Below are positions 12,901 through 25,489 of a stretch of DNA of 64,000 bases, piece after piece. Source of the stretch: Negaprion brevirostris (lineage: Eukaryota); the NCBI GenBank assembly GCA_030324005.1, contig JARDVH010000084.1, positions 35,604,348 to 35,668,347 of the forward strand. Direction: 5' to 3'. Both the position numbers and the translations under genes were made by a program. The notes under the pieces are model-generated. The model did no database searches. It was not told the origin of the DNA and saw nothing but the letters and a program-made list of their open reading frames with translations. Every line of letters starts with the position of its first letter. Positions within the stretch are counted from its first letter, which is position 1.

Positions 12901-14299
12901 ACCGTCACTATTGCACCCATATTTGACCCTGAAAGTCATAAGATGACTTGTGGATAACCAAGGGCAGAGGTAGATAAGAGTGCAAGCTTGATGATAATGT
13001 ACAAAGGTCAACATGCAACTTGTGTGTATCCATTTAAACATGAGACTTGATCCCTGAACATTATGGGGGCCATTTAGTGGGCTCCCCGCTGGGCGCCACT
13101 GCCTCCATGCATCTCCAGCTGCCAGATTTCTGTCACGGAGCTGCTTTAAATATTTAAACTTTTATTTGAATGCTATTAGTGGGTCCAGGACTGAAGTCAC
13201 TGGGCCCGCTAGCCTCTCCCACCCCGCCAGGAGTGGTTCACTCCAGCAGGTTTACAGCAGCTGCCCACCAGTGGAAAACTGGCAGCCAACCCAGCTGGAA
13301 TGAAGGGGGGCTCTGGAGACCCCCTAGAAAGTCAAAGGTAAGGGTGGCACTGCCCAAGGGGCAAGGTGGCAATGCCCAGGGGAGACCTTGGCATTGCCCA
13401 CTGAGCATCGGGCCTCTGGGGGTGATCAATGAGGGTAGGAGTTCCTGCTGCTACTCTACACAAGGATCGCAGGCAAAGGGAGGGAAGGGGCTGATTGCGG
13501 CTGGCCATCAGGATGGGGGGGTTGGCCTGCTGTGGGGATTCGGGGCTGTGGGCTGGGTGTGGTGGGCCCAGAGATGATCTGGGAGGTCAGCGATCAGGGC
13601 CTAGATGTTCAGAGGGGCAACAATGCGGGGTCACGGGGTTGGCCAGTGGTCAGGAGGCCGGCAGTGCGAGGCCACTGCGCGTGCGCCAATCTCCACACTG
13701 ACAGATTAGTACATACGCATTGGCCTGCTCAGCACTATGCTGCCGTCCTCACCCACAGATTTTCAGTGTCAATCTCCCTGAGGCATTCTGCAGTGCACAG
13801 AGTGTGGGAGATTCATTTTGAAAATCCTGCTAAACAAATCAGTGGAATTTACTCGTTTTTACACAAATTTGCCCCTTAGGCCAGGATTCTCCCAAAAAAA
13901 TTCTGTTTGTCCATTTTACAGTGTAGATTTATTAGCATGATGCCAGTAATGGGAAACAATGGTCAACAGGAGAAACCTGAGATGCTGGGCTTGATTGTCC
14001 CAAGTCGGTGGAGATAGTTTGAAGGAGAGGGACCAGAGAGCAGGAAAATTTTGTCGTGACTCTGGATCAGCTCCTTACCACATCCTGGCCAATGGGGTAG
14101 CTTCATAGTAGTGAGCAAGGAACTAATTAGTTTGGCAGCCTGCACCAGAGATGAGCATGCAACCAAGATGATTAATATCCCAATTAAGGGCAATTTGCAA
14201 TCCCACTAGCATTTTGTTACTGAAGGGATGGCCCCTGAACTGCATGGGAAGGCCACCAGCTCAATGAAGATGACCTTTCTACTGCAGCCTGTGGGATAC

Positions 14300-14980
14300 A
14301 AAGAACAAAGAAAATTACAGCACAGGAACAGGCCCTTCAGCTCTCCAAGCCTGCACTGACCATGCTGTCCATCTGAACTAAAATCCCCTACCCTTCCGGG
14401 GACCATATTCCTCTATTCCCATCAGATTCATGCATTTGTCAAGATGTCCCTTAAAACTCACTATCGTATCTGCTTACACTACCTCCTCCAGCAGCAACCC
14501 ACCATCCTCTGTGTAAAAAAAAACTTGCCTTGTACATCTCTTTTAATCCTTGTCCCTCGTACCTTAAATCTCTGCCACCTAGTAATTGACTCTTCCGCCC
14601 TGGGAAAATATCCACTCTGTCCATGCCCATCATAATCTTGTCTGGTGGTACAGTGGTTAGCACTGCTGCCTCACAGCGCCAGTGACGCAGGTTCAATTCC
14701 CGGCTTGGTCACTGTCTATGTGGAGTTTGCACATTATCCCTGTGTCTACGTGGGTTTCTTCCGGATGCTCCGTTTTCCTCCCACAGTCCAAAGATGAGCA
14801 GGTTAGGTGAATTGGCCTTGCTAAATTCTCCCTCAGTGTATCCGAACAGGCGCCAGAGTGTAGCAACCAGGGGATTTTCACAGTAACTTCATTGCAGTGT
14901 TAATGTAAGCTTACTTGTAACTAATAAATAAACTTTAAAAAACTTTTAATCTTGTAGACTTCCATCAGGTTGCCCCTCAA
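14300..14980 (-). mobile_element. CR1 3' fragment with a nested HE1 SINE
   Basis: Reverse complement of the 26.6-27.2 kb element; interrupted at 14642-14946. Confidence 0.8.
14642..14946 (+). mobile_element. HE1/V-SINE with 9-bp TSD
   Basis: Full head and V-domain; TAATCTTGT at 14633-14641 and 14947-14955. Confidence 0.9.
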
Positions 14981-14981
14981 A

Positions 14982-15225
14982 GTTGTAAGGTTCCAGGCTC
15001 AATTCCCACTCCAGGTCTTGAGTACAAAATTCAAAGCTGACAGACCAGTTCAGTACTGAACACTACACTATTGGAGAGATGTTAAACCAAGGCCACACCT
15101 GGCTGCTCAGGTAGATGTGAAGGATCCTATGATACCATTTTGAGGAAGAACAGGCGAGTTATTCGTGGCATCCTGGTGAATATTTAACCCTCAATCAATA
15201 TCGTAAAAGTAGATTATCTGGTAAT
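14982..15225 (+). mobile_element. DeuSINE (SacSINE1/AmnSINE1-like) fragment
   Basis: Deu-domain-like GAGATGTTAAACCAAGGCC..GATGTGAAGGATCCTATG..GAAGAACAGGCGAGTT..CCTGGTGAATATTTAACCCTCAA; another head fragment at ~45200-45315. Confidence 0.7.
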
Positions 15226-15243
15226 TAAACAGATAATTTGCAC

Positions 15244-15634
15244 CTGCCAGCAATGGGAATCATTGCGAGCGAGGGCACTTAATTTGGCAGAAGGTAAACT
15301 TATCCTTTTCCTGACAGCAGGGTAAACTGTTGGAATTTTGTTCCTAACTTTCAAGGTAGGTTCAAGACAGATTGTTCATTGTGAAGCTCAATGTCAAGAA
15401 CTCATTTGCATATATTTGCATCTCATCCACACTTATTAAAATGCCTCCTGGCTGGAATTAAGTTCGCCTTTAAGTTCCCCACCATTGGGAAAAGAGAACA
15501 TTCAGTTTTACAACTCGTTTGTAAGTTGTGTGCAACTGGCAAGCTTTACCTCTTCCTCTAATTTGAGATCCATCGGTCTTCCATTCTCCCTCTTGGGGAC
15601 CTGGCATAACTTTACTCAGAGGCCTTAACAAATG
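15244..15634 (-). pseudogene. Pseudogene exon
   Basis: CACAG|HLLRPLSKVMPGPQEGEWKTDGSQIRGRGKACQLHTTYKRVVKLNVLFSQWWGT*RRT*FQPGGILISVDEMQIYANEFLTLSF...; 391 nt with no net frameshift, ending G|GTGC. Confidence 0.55.
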
Positions 15635-15639
15635 CTGTG

Positions 15640-16250
15640 CCAAGGCTGGACAAGGGAGGCAGGCAAAGGAAAGGGTGAAGTGAGGGCTGGACAGGGGAGA
15701 AGGTCTTGTGGGGGAATAACTGAGATAAAGTCTCTGGAAGAGGACAATGCCCAAGAAATGTCTGGGGGGAGGGGGTCAGAAGGCAGGGTCAGTGGTATCA
15801 ACGATCAAGTCCTGGAAATGGGAAGAACTCAGGGAGGAGATGCAGTCCAGGATAAGAGTCTGGTGGGTGAAGGTTTCATCAGGGGGCAGTCATGGAGGGG
15901 ACATATGGCTTAGATAATGAGAGGGGGCAAGGTGGAGGTGAGCTAACAAGCGTCAGCTCTGAGGGGAAGAAAAGCATGCAAAGGTGGATAGTGACGGTGT
16001 CCAAGGTAATCGGAGAAGGCCAAAGATGACAGACAGCAGAGGAATTGTAGTATTTGGTGGGTCTAGGTAATGAAGGGAGTAGAAGATGATGGAGCAAGTT
16101 TAGGTGATGCACCGTATTTTTCCAACGTGACCTTAACCACGCAGCTGTTTAGTCAGTTATAAGATCCCTCAAAGAAGATCGAGGGTCTTTCCAAGTGGAT
16201 GGAATTCAAGGTCGGTACAAGTGGCCAACTAAAAGGACACCCTAATAATT
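15640..16250 (-). mobile_element. Probable L2-type LINE ORF2 fragment
   Basis: Purine-rich + strand, Pro/Ser/Leu-rich minus translation typical of decayed L2. Confidence 0.45.
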
Positions 16251-16315
16251 AGAAAGAAGGATGAGTTAATGGGCAGAATTTATTTCTGTTCTCTGGAGTG
16301 GGCTGGGAGGAGTGA

Positions 16316-17032
16316 TGTGGATATGCCGGCGTTGGACTGGGGTAAACACAGTAAAAAGTCTGACAACACTAGGTTTAAGTCCAACCGATTTATTTGATAG
16401 TGCACTGGCTAGCTTTCATGTTAGTCCCTTCGTCAGGTGAATGGAGAGGTCTGGCCTCTGCCAGAACATATAAAGCACAGACAGTTTACAGATTACTGAT
16501 TAGAATGTGAATCTTCACACCTAACCTGCTGTAAAAGTCTTAAAGTGGCCAACAATATGAGTGGAAGTAGCACTGATCACAGGTTAAAGAGAAGTGTATT
16601 GTCTCCAGACAGTACCATAAGTGAGGTTTTGCAAACCCAGGCAAGTCACGGGGGTTACAGATAGTGCGACATGAACCCAAGAACGTTGTTGAGACTGTCC
16701 TCGTGTGCGGAACTTGGCTATCAGTCTCTGCTCAGCGAATCTGTGCTGTCGTGTGTCGTGAAGGCCGCCTTGGAAAATGCTTACCCGAAGGTCAGAGGCT
16801 GAATGCCCGTGACCACTGAAGTGTTTGCCAACAGGAAGGGAACAGTCTTGCCNNNNNNNNNNNNNNNNNNNNNNNNNNNNNNNNNNNNNNNNNNNNNNNN
16901 NNNNNNNNNNNNNNNNNNNNNNNNNNNNNNNNNNNNNNNNNNNNNNNNNNNNCTAACCCGAAAGCTAGTGAGTGTACTATCAAATAAATCGGTTGGACTT
17001 AAACCTGGTGTTGTCAGACTTTTTACTATGTG
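16316..17032 (-). mobile_element. Penelope-like element: GIY-YIG C-terminus with inverted pLTRs
   Basis: Minus translation SLPVGKHFSGHGHSASDLRVSIFQGGLHDTRQHRFAEQRLIAKFRT..GFMSHY; 16350-16417 and 16959-17030 are inverted copies of the terminal repeat. Related pLTR fragments at 6970-7043, 20400-20515 and 46615-46710. Confidence 0.85.
16408..16445 (-). ncRNA. Minimal type-I hammerhead ribozyme motif in a Penelope pLTR (this copy degenerate)
   Basis: Minus: CATTCAC-CTGACGA-AGGGACTAACAT-GAAA-GCTA; the inverted copy at 16953-16974 keeps CCC-GAAA-GCTA-GTGAGTG, which would restore stems I and II. Confidence 0.6.
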
Positions 17033-18384
17033 GGCTGGGAGGGCCATAGAATCGGGAGAGAAGGTGAGAGTTTGAGTGACCATTATCTTCTCTATTTCCT
17101 CCTATTCAGTCAGGGCAGGGAAGAGGTCAGTTGAGGCCCTATAGTAGCAAATTAATTTTTTGTTCACTCATATGTATATTTACATACAACTCAAATCTGC
17201 CTCCATTCATTTGGCAATCTTACTTAATGTCTTCCTCCTTGTACCTTATACCATTCAAGTTTTCCAATTTTTTCCTTATTTTTCCTGCACTACTTGGCAG
17301 TTTTTCCCTTTCTGTTCCATCACCTTGTTATACCTTTTCCTGGCCATTCCAGGACATTATTTCCGCCTTGTCCTAAAAATGGTTCTAATGTAACAGTGAT
17401 CTAAGCCATGCTATCATATTCTATCAGTCCAGCCAGCTATTTAACTTTTTCAAAATATTTCTACACATTACAATATTACCACAATATTTCTAACATTAGA
17501 GTAATTGTAAGATTATGGTGCAAAAGTTCATTGACTTGAGAGATCGTGAAGATCAGGTGACTGCATCACCAGCAATGACCCTCAAATAATTTTTTAAAGG
17601 GGCAACTGGGAGAGAGGACGAATGGGAGAAGGATGACAACAGAAGTGGGAGGGGATAATCAGGAGGGAAGCAACTAGTAAAGGTAGTGATGGTAATTGGG
17701 ATAGTGGCAGTGGCTATCTGGAAATCTCAAGGTTACAATAGGGGGGAGCAATAGCCAACAGCAGTCCATGTTGTTTGAATATGAAGCCAAGTTTTGCCAT
17801 ATTTAGTTTAAAAGCCCTACCCTTTTGGCATCGGCTGACAGAAATCCCTTTAAANNNNNNNNNNNNNNNNNNNNNNNNNNNNNNNNNNNNNNNNNNNNNN
17901 NNNNNNNNNNNNNNNNNNNNNNNNNNNNNNNNNNNNNNNNNNNNNNNNNNNNNNTTGCCTGTTAGACTGCAGATTGCAGGAGGCAGCAGTCTCAAAGGAC
18001 CTAAAACTTGCAGTAAAATATTTGTGCCAGTTTGTCAAAACAGTGTCATGAATGAAATGGTGGTAAATTCAGAAGATCCTCCTCATGCTCGTTGTGCCAA
18101 GCTTTACCCCGCCAAACAACTCCTATGCTCTTCTAGTTAAGGTATGCTCTCAAATAACCCTTTTGGTCCTTCAATCTCCCATGCCAAGATATACCCCCAA
18201 GTAACCACAATTAACCAGTGTTTTCCTTGGGGTGCATGTGTTTCAGCAGGCAAATGAATTTCTGGGCTATCAGCCAAGCCTCATTTTGTGTATTTGGCTA
18301 AGAGCCCAGAAATCAACTAGAGTATAGAAACTACTGAGCCCAAGGGAAAACTTGGTTTGATTGACAGCCCTAGTTTAGAGTCAT

Positions 18385-18675
18385 AGATTTCCTACAGTAC
18401 AGAAGGAGGCTGTTAAGCCCATCGAACCTGCACCGACAACAATCCCACCCAGCCTATCCCCATTACCCCACATATTTACCCTGCTGATCCCCATGACACT
18501 GGGGTCAACTCAACATGGTCAAACTACCTAACCTACACATCTTTGGTCTGTGGGAGAAAACCCACACAGACACAAGGAGAATGTGCAAACTCCACACAAA
18601 GAGTGACCCAAGGCTGGAATTGAACCCGGATTCCTGGCACTGTGAGGCAGAAGTGCTAACCACTGTGACACCATG
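18385..18675 (-). mobile_element. HE1/V-SINE
   Basis: Reverse complement of the SINE consensus with LINE-derived tail. Confidence 0.85.
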
Positions 18676-19183
18676 CTCTGATATCTTCTGTTTATTTCGC
18701 AATGCAAGATAAAGAGATTTCAAGTGCTTGTGATTTCAGCAAGGATCTGAATGATTAACAGCTTTATTGGACTGCAGTAAAAATTAGTTTTTTAAAGTGA
18801 ATGGGTAGAAATGAATGACTGTTGTTTTAAAACTTTTACCACATATTCTAATGTTACCATAGGGTTCATTGGTTATATATGATGTATAGTGGTTGAATGG
18901 GCATGGAAGTACAATAGCTTGGCATGCAGTCATGAGGGGTATAGTGGTTGTTTGGCAGGCACACCTTTGTAAAAGGGGGATGGAGGGTCATAAGAGGCAG
19001 CTGAGAGCATGAGGTGCTATGGATAGGACATGAGGAGAGTGCGTGGAGGTGGGGGTAAGGGAGGGTGAGGGCCTTCCTGTTTTGTTTTAACTGAGAAGAA
19101 GTCATGGCACTGAGAATGGCATTCTAAACAGCCTGTCTTCACATGTCACAGTGCCTATGGCTGCATCTAAGCTTTTTCCCTGA

Positions 19184-19463
19184 TTAGGTGGCCCAATTGC
19201 AGTCCCTATACACCCCCCACAATGAAGATTCCATCTTTACAAGCATTTTCTCCCAAGACGGGCAGATTGAGCTGGAAATTTTCCTTATCTCTGCTACCTG
19301 CCTTAAGGATGACAATCCAACCCATTGTGAAGGTGACAAAAACCTTTTGTTCACCTCCTTTGTTTTCGTTAAATTTTGTGTCAAAGCCTTTTTTTTGCCA
19401 CCCAATAACACAAATGGTACCAATCAGTTTTGTAATGGCAATCTCCTTGTCATAATTGTTTAG
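19184..19463 (-). pseudogene. Pseudogene exon; frame and 3' end ambiguous
   Basis: Acceptor CTCACTGTTCCATTTCAG|; two long open minus frames (ORFs 19206-19514 and 19184-19423) in a unique island. Confidence 0.5.
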
Positions 19464-21907
19464 CTGAAATGGAACAGTGAGGGACCAGTGGAGTGTGAAC
19501 ACCAAGGGAAGCATTGTTTAATCTCATCAGCAAGGTTGAGGCACGTGTACTATTTTTTGTATTTTGATGTTACTTCTAATTATACAATATCGATAACTGT
19601 TTAATTTTGTTGATTTGGTGGGCTGCTTTGAGACATGAACAAGTTCATTATTCAACTATTGAAATTGTATTAATTGTGTTCTGATTGGGTGTCTCTTCCC
19701 CTGTGGCAGTTGGGGTTATTATATAAATAAAGACAGCTGTACACACAATACTCAGTACGAGCATTAGATTGGGCCACCCAATGCCTGTCCTGACTTTGCA
19801 AAACAGAAAGTGAAATCTTACATAGAGTAAAGGCGATCAAGTTTTGCTGTCAACTAGAGAATGGCCTGCAGACCACATCCAGCAGAGGGACAGCCCTGCT
19901 GTTTGCAATCAAAATCACTACTGCACCAAAACATTATGTCACTGGTGCACTTCAACCACCACTGGTGACATGTGCCAGAAGTCAGATGTTAATACACTTG
20001 TATCAAATAGTATAACAAAATGTTCCGGTTAAGCGGAAGGATGGGAAAGGTAGGATTAGAGAGCCGTGGATTACAGGGGATATCAAAGACTTGGTAAGGA
20101 AGAAGAGGGAGGCGTATGTTAGGTCGAAACAACTGGGTACGGAGAGTGCGCTGGAGGAATATAGAGAGAGTAGNNNNNNNNNNNNNNNNNNNNNNNNNNN
20201 NNNNNNNNNNNNNNNNNNNNNNNNNNNNNNNNNNNNNNNNNNNNNNNNNNNNNNNNNNNNNNNNNNNNNNNNNNNNNNNNNNNNNNNNNNNNNNNNNNNN
20301 NNNNNNNNNNNNNNNNNNNNNNNNNNNNNNNNNNNNNNCAAATCTAGGCAGTTATTTGACCACTAAAATAATTTATACCATCCCCTTTTGAAAGTTATTA
20401 TGTGGAGATGCCAGCGTTGGACTGGGATGGGCACAGTGAGAAGTCTCACAACACCAGGTTAAAGTTCGACAGGTTTATTTGGTATCACAGGCTTTCGGAG
20501 CACTGCTCAGGTGAGTGATGAAAGTTTTGAAAGTTAATATTGAGTCTGCTTCCATCGCCCTTTCAGGTATTGCTTTCCAGTTCTTAGAATAGAACCTCTG
20601 TTTCTTAGCTTAAATCTGTATCCTTTGCTTTCTTCTTGCAATTGGAAACAGTTTCTCCCTTTATCAAAACTTTGAACGTCTTCATTAATTTTCTTCTTAA
20701 CATTCTTTGCTCTAAGTGAAAAAAAATCCAATGTTCTCTACTGGCTCCATATAACTAAAGTTACGCGTCCTTGATATCTTTTGAGCAAAACTCCTTTGCA
20801 ACCTTTCCAAGGGATTATTTTCTTTGAGACATTAAATTGAACTGTGTAGAGGTGGAATTTAAGAACATAAGAACATAAGAAATAGGAGCAGGAGTAGGCC
20901 ATCCGGCCCTTCGAGCCTGCCCCGNNNNNNNNNNNNNNNNNNNNNNNNNNNNNNNNNNNNNNNNNNNNNNNNNNNNNNNNNNNNNNNNNNNNNNNNNNNN
21001 NNNNNNNNNNNNNNNNNNNNNNNNNNNNNNNNNNNNNNNNNNNNNNNNNNNNNNNNNNNNNNNNNNNNNNNNNNNNNNNNNNNNNNNNNNNNNNNNNNNN
21101 NNNNNNNNNNNNNNNNNNNNNNNNNNNNNNNNNNNNNNNNNNNNNNNNNNNNNNNNNNNNNNNNNNNNNNNNNNNNNNNNNNNNNNNNNNNNNNNNNNNN
21201 NNNNNNNNNNNNNNNNNNNNNNNNNNNNNNNNNNNNNNNNNNNNNNNNNNNNNNNNNNNNNNNNNNNNNNNNNNNNNNNNNNNNNNNNNNNNNNNNNNNN
21301 NNNNNNNNNNNNNNNNNNNNNNNNNNNNNNNNNNNNNNNNNNNNNNNNNNNNNNNNNNNNNNNNNNNNNNNNNNNNNNNNNNNNNNNNNNNNNNNNNNNN
21401 NNNNNNNNNNNNNNNNNNNNNNNNNNNNNNNNNNNNNNNNNNNNNNNNNNNNNNNNNNNNNNNNNNNNNNNNNNNNNNNNNNNNNNNNNNNNNNNNNNNN
21501 NNNNNNNNNNNNNNNNNNNNNNNNNNNNNNNNNNNNNNNNNNNNNNNNNNNNNNNNNNNNNNNNNNNNNNNNNNNNNNNNNNNNNNNNNNNNNNNNNNNN
21601 NNNNNNNNNNNNNNNNNNNNNNNNNNNNNNNNNNNNNNNNNNNNNNNNNNNNNNNNNNNNNNNNNNNNNNNNNNNNNNNNNNNNNNNNNNNNNNNNNNNN
21701 NNNNNNNNNNNNNNNNNNNNNNNNNNNNNNNNNNNNNNNNNNNNNNNNNNNNNNNNNNNNNNNNNNNNNNNNNNNNNNNNNNNNNNNNNNNNNNNNNNNN
21801 NNNNNNNNNNNNNNNNNNNNNNNNNNNNNNNNNNNNNNNNNNNNNNNNNNNNNNNNNNNNNNNNNNNNNNNNNNNNNNNNNNNNNNNNNNNNNNNNNNNN
21901 NNNNNNN

Positions 21908-22815
21908 CATGGTTAGTAAGTTTGCAGATGGCACCAAGAGTGGTGGCAGAGTGGACAGTGAAGAAAGTTACTAGGCTTGCAACGGGATCTTGATCAGTTG
22001 AATCAGGGGGCTGATGAATGGCAGTTTAATTTAGATAAATGCAAGGTGATGCATTTTGGTAGCTCAACCCAGGGCAGGACTTACTCAGTTAATGATAGGA
22101 CAATGAGGAGAGTTATAGAACAAAGAGATCTAGGGGTGCAGGTTCAGAGCTCCTTGAAAGTGGACTCACAGGTGAATAGGATGGTGAAGAAGGCATTCGG
22201 CATGAAGAACACTGAATACAGGAGTTGGGAGATCTTGTTGAAGTTGTACAAGACATTGGTAAGGGCACATTTGGAATACTGTATACAGTTCTGGTCACCC
22301 AATTATAAGAAGGATATTAAACTAGAAAGAGTGCAGAAAAGATTTACTAGGATGCTGCTGGGACTTGATGGCCTGAGTTTTTAGGTGAGGCTGGATAGAC
22401 TGGAACTTTTTTTCCTGGAGCGTAAGAGGCTTAGCCATTATTAAACCTTTACGGACCTTTATAGAGGTCTGTAGAATAATGAGGGGCATAGAAAAATTAG
22501 ATTGTCAAGATCTTTCCCCAAAGGTAGGGGAGTTTACACTAGTGGGCATAGGTTTAAAGTGAGAGGGGATAGATACAAAAAGGTCCAGAGGGGGAATATT
22601 TTCACACACACAGGATGTTGAGTGTCTGGAACGAGGTGATAGTAGAGGCGGGTACAATTTTGTCTTTTAAAAAGCATTTATACAGTTACATGGGTAAGAT
22701 TGGTATAGCGGGATATAAGCCAGACGTGGCAATTGGGACTAGCTTAGTGATTAAAAAAAAGGCAGCATGGACAAGTTGGGCCGAAAGGCCGGTTTTCATG
22801 CTGTTCTATTCTCTA
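21908..22815 (+). mobile_element. CR1/HER1-type LINE 3' end
   Basis: SKFADGTK...QFNLDKCKVMHFG...LYKTLVRAHLEYCIQFWSP; typical 3' UTR. Confidence 0.9.
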
Positions 22816-24018
22816 ACTTTTAAAGGCAGAATGCTCCTCGTATGGAGGAGTTGCACTGATTGAATGAAGGCTGCTGCTGATTGCCAGTACTCCAATTTTC
22901 TGCAAGAAACAAAACAAATGGAGCACTGAGGCAGAGAATGGGCTCCCACGTTCAATACAGGAAACCTTGGTGATGGAGGTGAACAGGAGGAGAGAGGCCA
23001 TGTTTTCATGTGGAAAGCCTTCCACACAGTATGAAAGCAGGTGGCCAGGGAGGTTAACTCCCTATTTCACTCCCCAAGCGCATGGCAGCATTTCGAGAAA
23101 AAGTTCAGTAATCTCATACAGTCCTCAAAGTCAGTGAATGCATCTGCAAATTGCATCTCCTACCCACCATTCATTACTTAGCTGTACCAAGCAATAGAAC
23201 TCTAGCCTAACATTTGGATGGTTCATCTCACTGTCAAGCATCTTCCAACACCATCAACTTCACACCTACCTCTTGTTGCCTCCACATACCTTCAGCTATG
23301 GCAGGTTCATTATCCAAATGAAAAGTGTAATATAATCACTGATTCTTTTCCGTCTCTGTTGCAGGTTAAGGTAGTATGTACACAACAGAAGGAAACAGAG
23401 CATTACTGGTGGGGAACAAGAACGCCTGCATCCCATGAGCTCCAGGGAGGAGATGGTGCTTTGCATCATAGGTCTGCCTGTGACAGTCTGTTCCATCTGG
23501 CAATGAGGATAATCGTATGTTCTTATTCCTATTCTCAAATCCCATAACTGTTGCAGACTTGGGCCAGAATTGTCCATCCCATTCCGCTGATGGGATCTTC
23601 TAGCTCCACTGAAGTCAATCGACATTTGAACGGACTGCCACATTCTCTGCAGAGGAACCTGCCATAACACGACCAGAATAAGTCTCCTGCCTTCCCTGAA
23701 TGGGTGCACCACAAACAGTATGCTGCAAAGTGCATGCAAGTCAAAAGCATCTCAGCTGCAAGTTGTATAGCTACCCCAGTCAGCTGTACAAGTAGTAGTA
23801 GGTCCCTTATGCAGCTGAATGAGCGTCCAGCTGAGTGATTAGCATAGGAGTTCAATTTACTTGTGTGAGACAGGTCAAGGAAACCGTGTCACACCAGCCA
23901 GACCAAAGCACACACAGGATATGCCTGCATTTGTACCCTCCCCTGCCTGGGTAGGCCAGAAGTGACAGAAGCAGGTTGCATGCCTTTTGCAGACTTTGGG
24001 TCTTCTTGCAGCACTTAC

Positions 24019-24160
24019 ACCAACAATGCTATAAAGTTCAATTTTGTGGCCCAAGTACATTATGCCTCTGGTTTAAGATATTCATTACTGCAACTCTTAA
24101 CATGGTAACTATTTGATCTCTTTTGGGCTACAGTCAGAGATGCCGAGCAAAAACTTGGTC
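24019..24160 (-). pseudogene. Pseudogene exon
   Basis: Strong acceptor TTTCTCTCACTGCAG| and donor |GTAAGT. The phase-1 frame (G)PSFCSASLTVAQKRSNSYHVKSCSNEYLKPEA*CTWATKLNFIALL has a single stop; the other frames have 4 or more. Confidence 0.7.
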
Positions 24161-24453
24161 CTGCAGTGAGAGAAACTAGAGGACAAGTCATTATAGCCTA
24201 GTTTTTTTAAAAGCCAGTCTGGGAATAAGCCACTTCTTAGCTAAGAGAGAACAGTAAATTATTTAAACAGGCCAAAATACATTATAATATGTATGTAAGT
24301 AAAAAGTTTAAATCATTTCTTTACACATGTATCAACATTTCTGATTCTTACATAGTCTAAATATTATTCTAATTTGGAAGTATTCTGATGATATTTTTAC
24401 GACCAATGATCCTTCTTAAACATACATAAAATATATGCAATGCAAAATTTTAC

Positions 24454-24799
24454 CAACTTCCCATTTGATTTCTTTCCAAACTTTGCAGCTGTTCTGTGGT
24501 GTTGCGACAGCTGGCAGCAGTAAATTCCAAACATGGACAGGTTCCACTTCATTACACAGTGGTATTCCTCTTGATCTTAAGCTTTCAGAAGAAATACTTT
24601 ATAAGTAAGCCTATCTCACAGTATGCTAAAAAAGGATGATTTCCAGGGAAAATAACTCATGAATCAATCAAAAAGAAATCATATTAGTAAGCTGCATGAA
24701 GTATCATTAGAAATTTTCAAAATACTAAGATATCTGCCATGACATTGCTTAGTAGTGGTCTGGAAGCTAACTGGTGCTTCTGATGGTTACTGGTATAAC
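24454..24799 (-). pseudogene. Pseudogene exon
   Basis: CATTCAG|GT..RPLLSNVMADILVF*..VIFPGNHPFLAYCEIGLLIKYFF*, one net frameshift, then LRSRGIPLCNEVEPVHVWNLLLPAVATPQNSCKVWKEIKWEV G|GTAAAA (phase 1). Confidence 0.6.
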
Positions 24800-24829
24800 C
24801 TGAATGTCCACTGTTGAAACATGGGAACT

Positions 24830-25185
24830 TATCATAGGATCCCTACAGTGCAGAAGGGGGGCCTTTCGGCCCATCGAGCCTGTACTGACTCTGACAGAGT
24901 ATGTTGCCCAGGCCCAAACGCGCCATATCCCCGTAACTCCATGCATTTACCCTGTGCTAGTTCCCCTAACCTACACATTTTGGGACACTAAGAAACAATT
25001 TATCTTGGCCAATCTACTTAACCTGCACACCATTGCATAGTGTGAGGAAACGGGACCATCTGGAAGAAACCCACGCAGACATGGGGAAAACGTGCAAACT
25101 CCACACTGATCGTCACTCAAGGCTGAAATCGAACCTGTGTCCTTGGTGATATGAGACCTCAGTGTTGACCACTGTGCCACTGTGT
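24830..25185 (-). mobile_element. HE1/V-SINE
   Basis: Reverse complement of the SINE head, V-domain and tail. Confidence 0.85.
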
Positions 25186-25489
25186 TATATTTACTGGAGT
25201 AATATATCACATTTTTGATAATGAAGTAGAAATGGGCCAGTTTGGTTTGTAGGGAAGCTGATGACTGTTTCTTCATGGCAGCTCTGAATGTTNNNNNNNN
25301 NNNNNNNNNNNNNNNNNNNNNNNNNNNNNNNNNNNNNNNNNNNNNNNNNNNNNNNNNNNNNNNNNNNNNNNNNNNNNNNNNNNNNNNNNNNNGTGTTATA
25401 TTTACTGGAGTAATATATCACATTTTTGATAATGAAGTAGAAATATTGTGCAGCTTAATAGTAAAAAAAGCATCATGCATGGACTCGAA

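Noticed and set aside
20738-21937. Long ORFs such as 399 aa here and ~350 aa at 45.6-46.7 kb
   Set aside because: They consist of N-gap translation (X).
25181-25445. Direct duplications flanking gaps (also 31756-31913, 58040-58120, 61662-62187)
   Set aside because: They abut N-runs, so they are most likely contig-overlap or scaffolding artefacts rather than TSDs or arrays.
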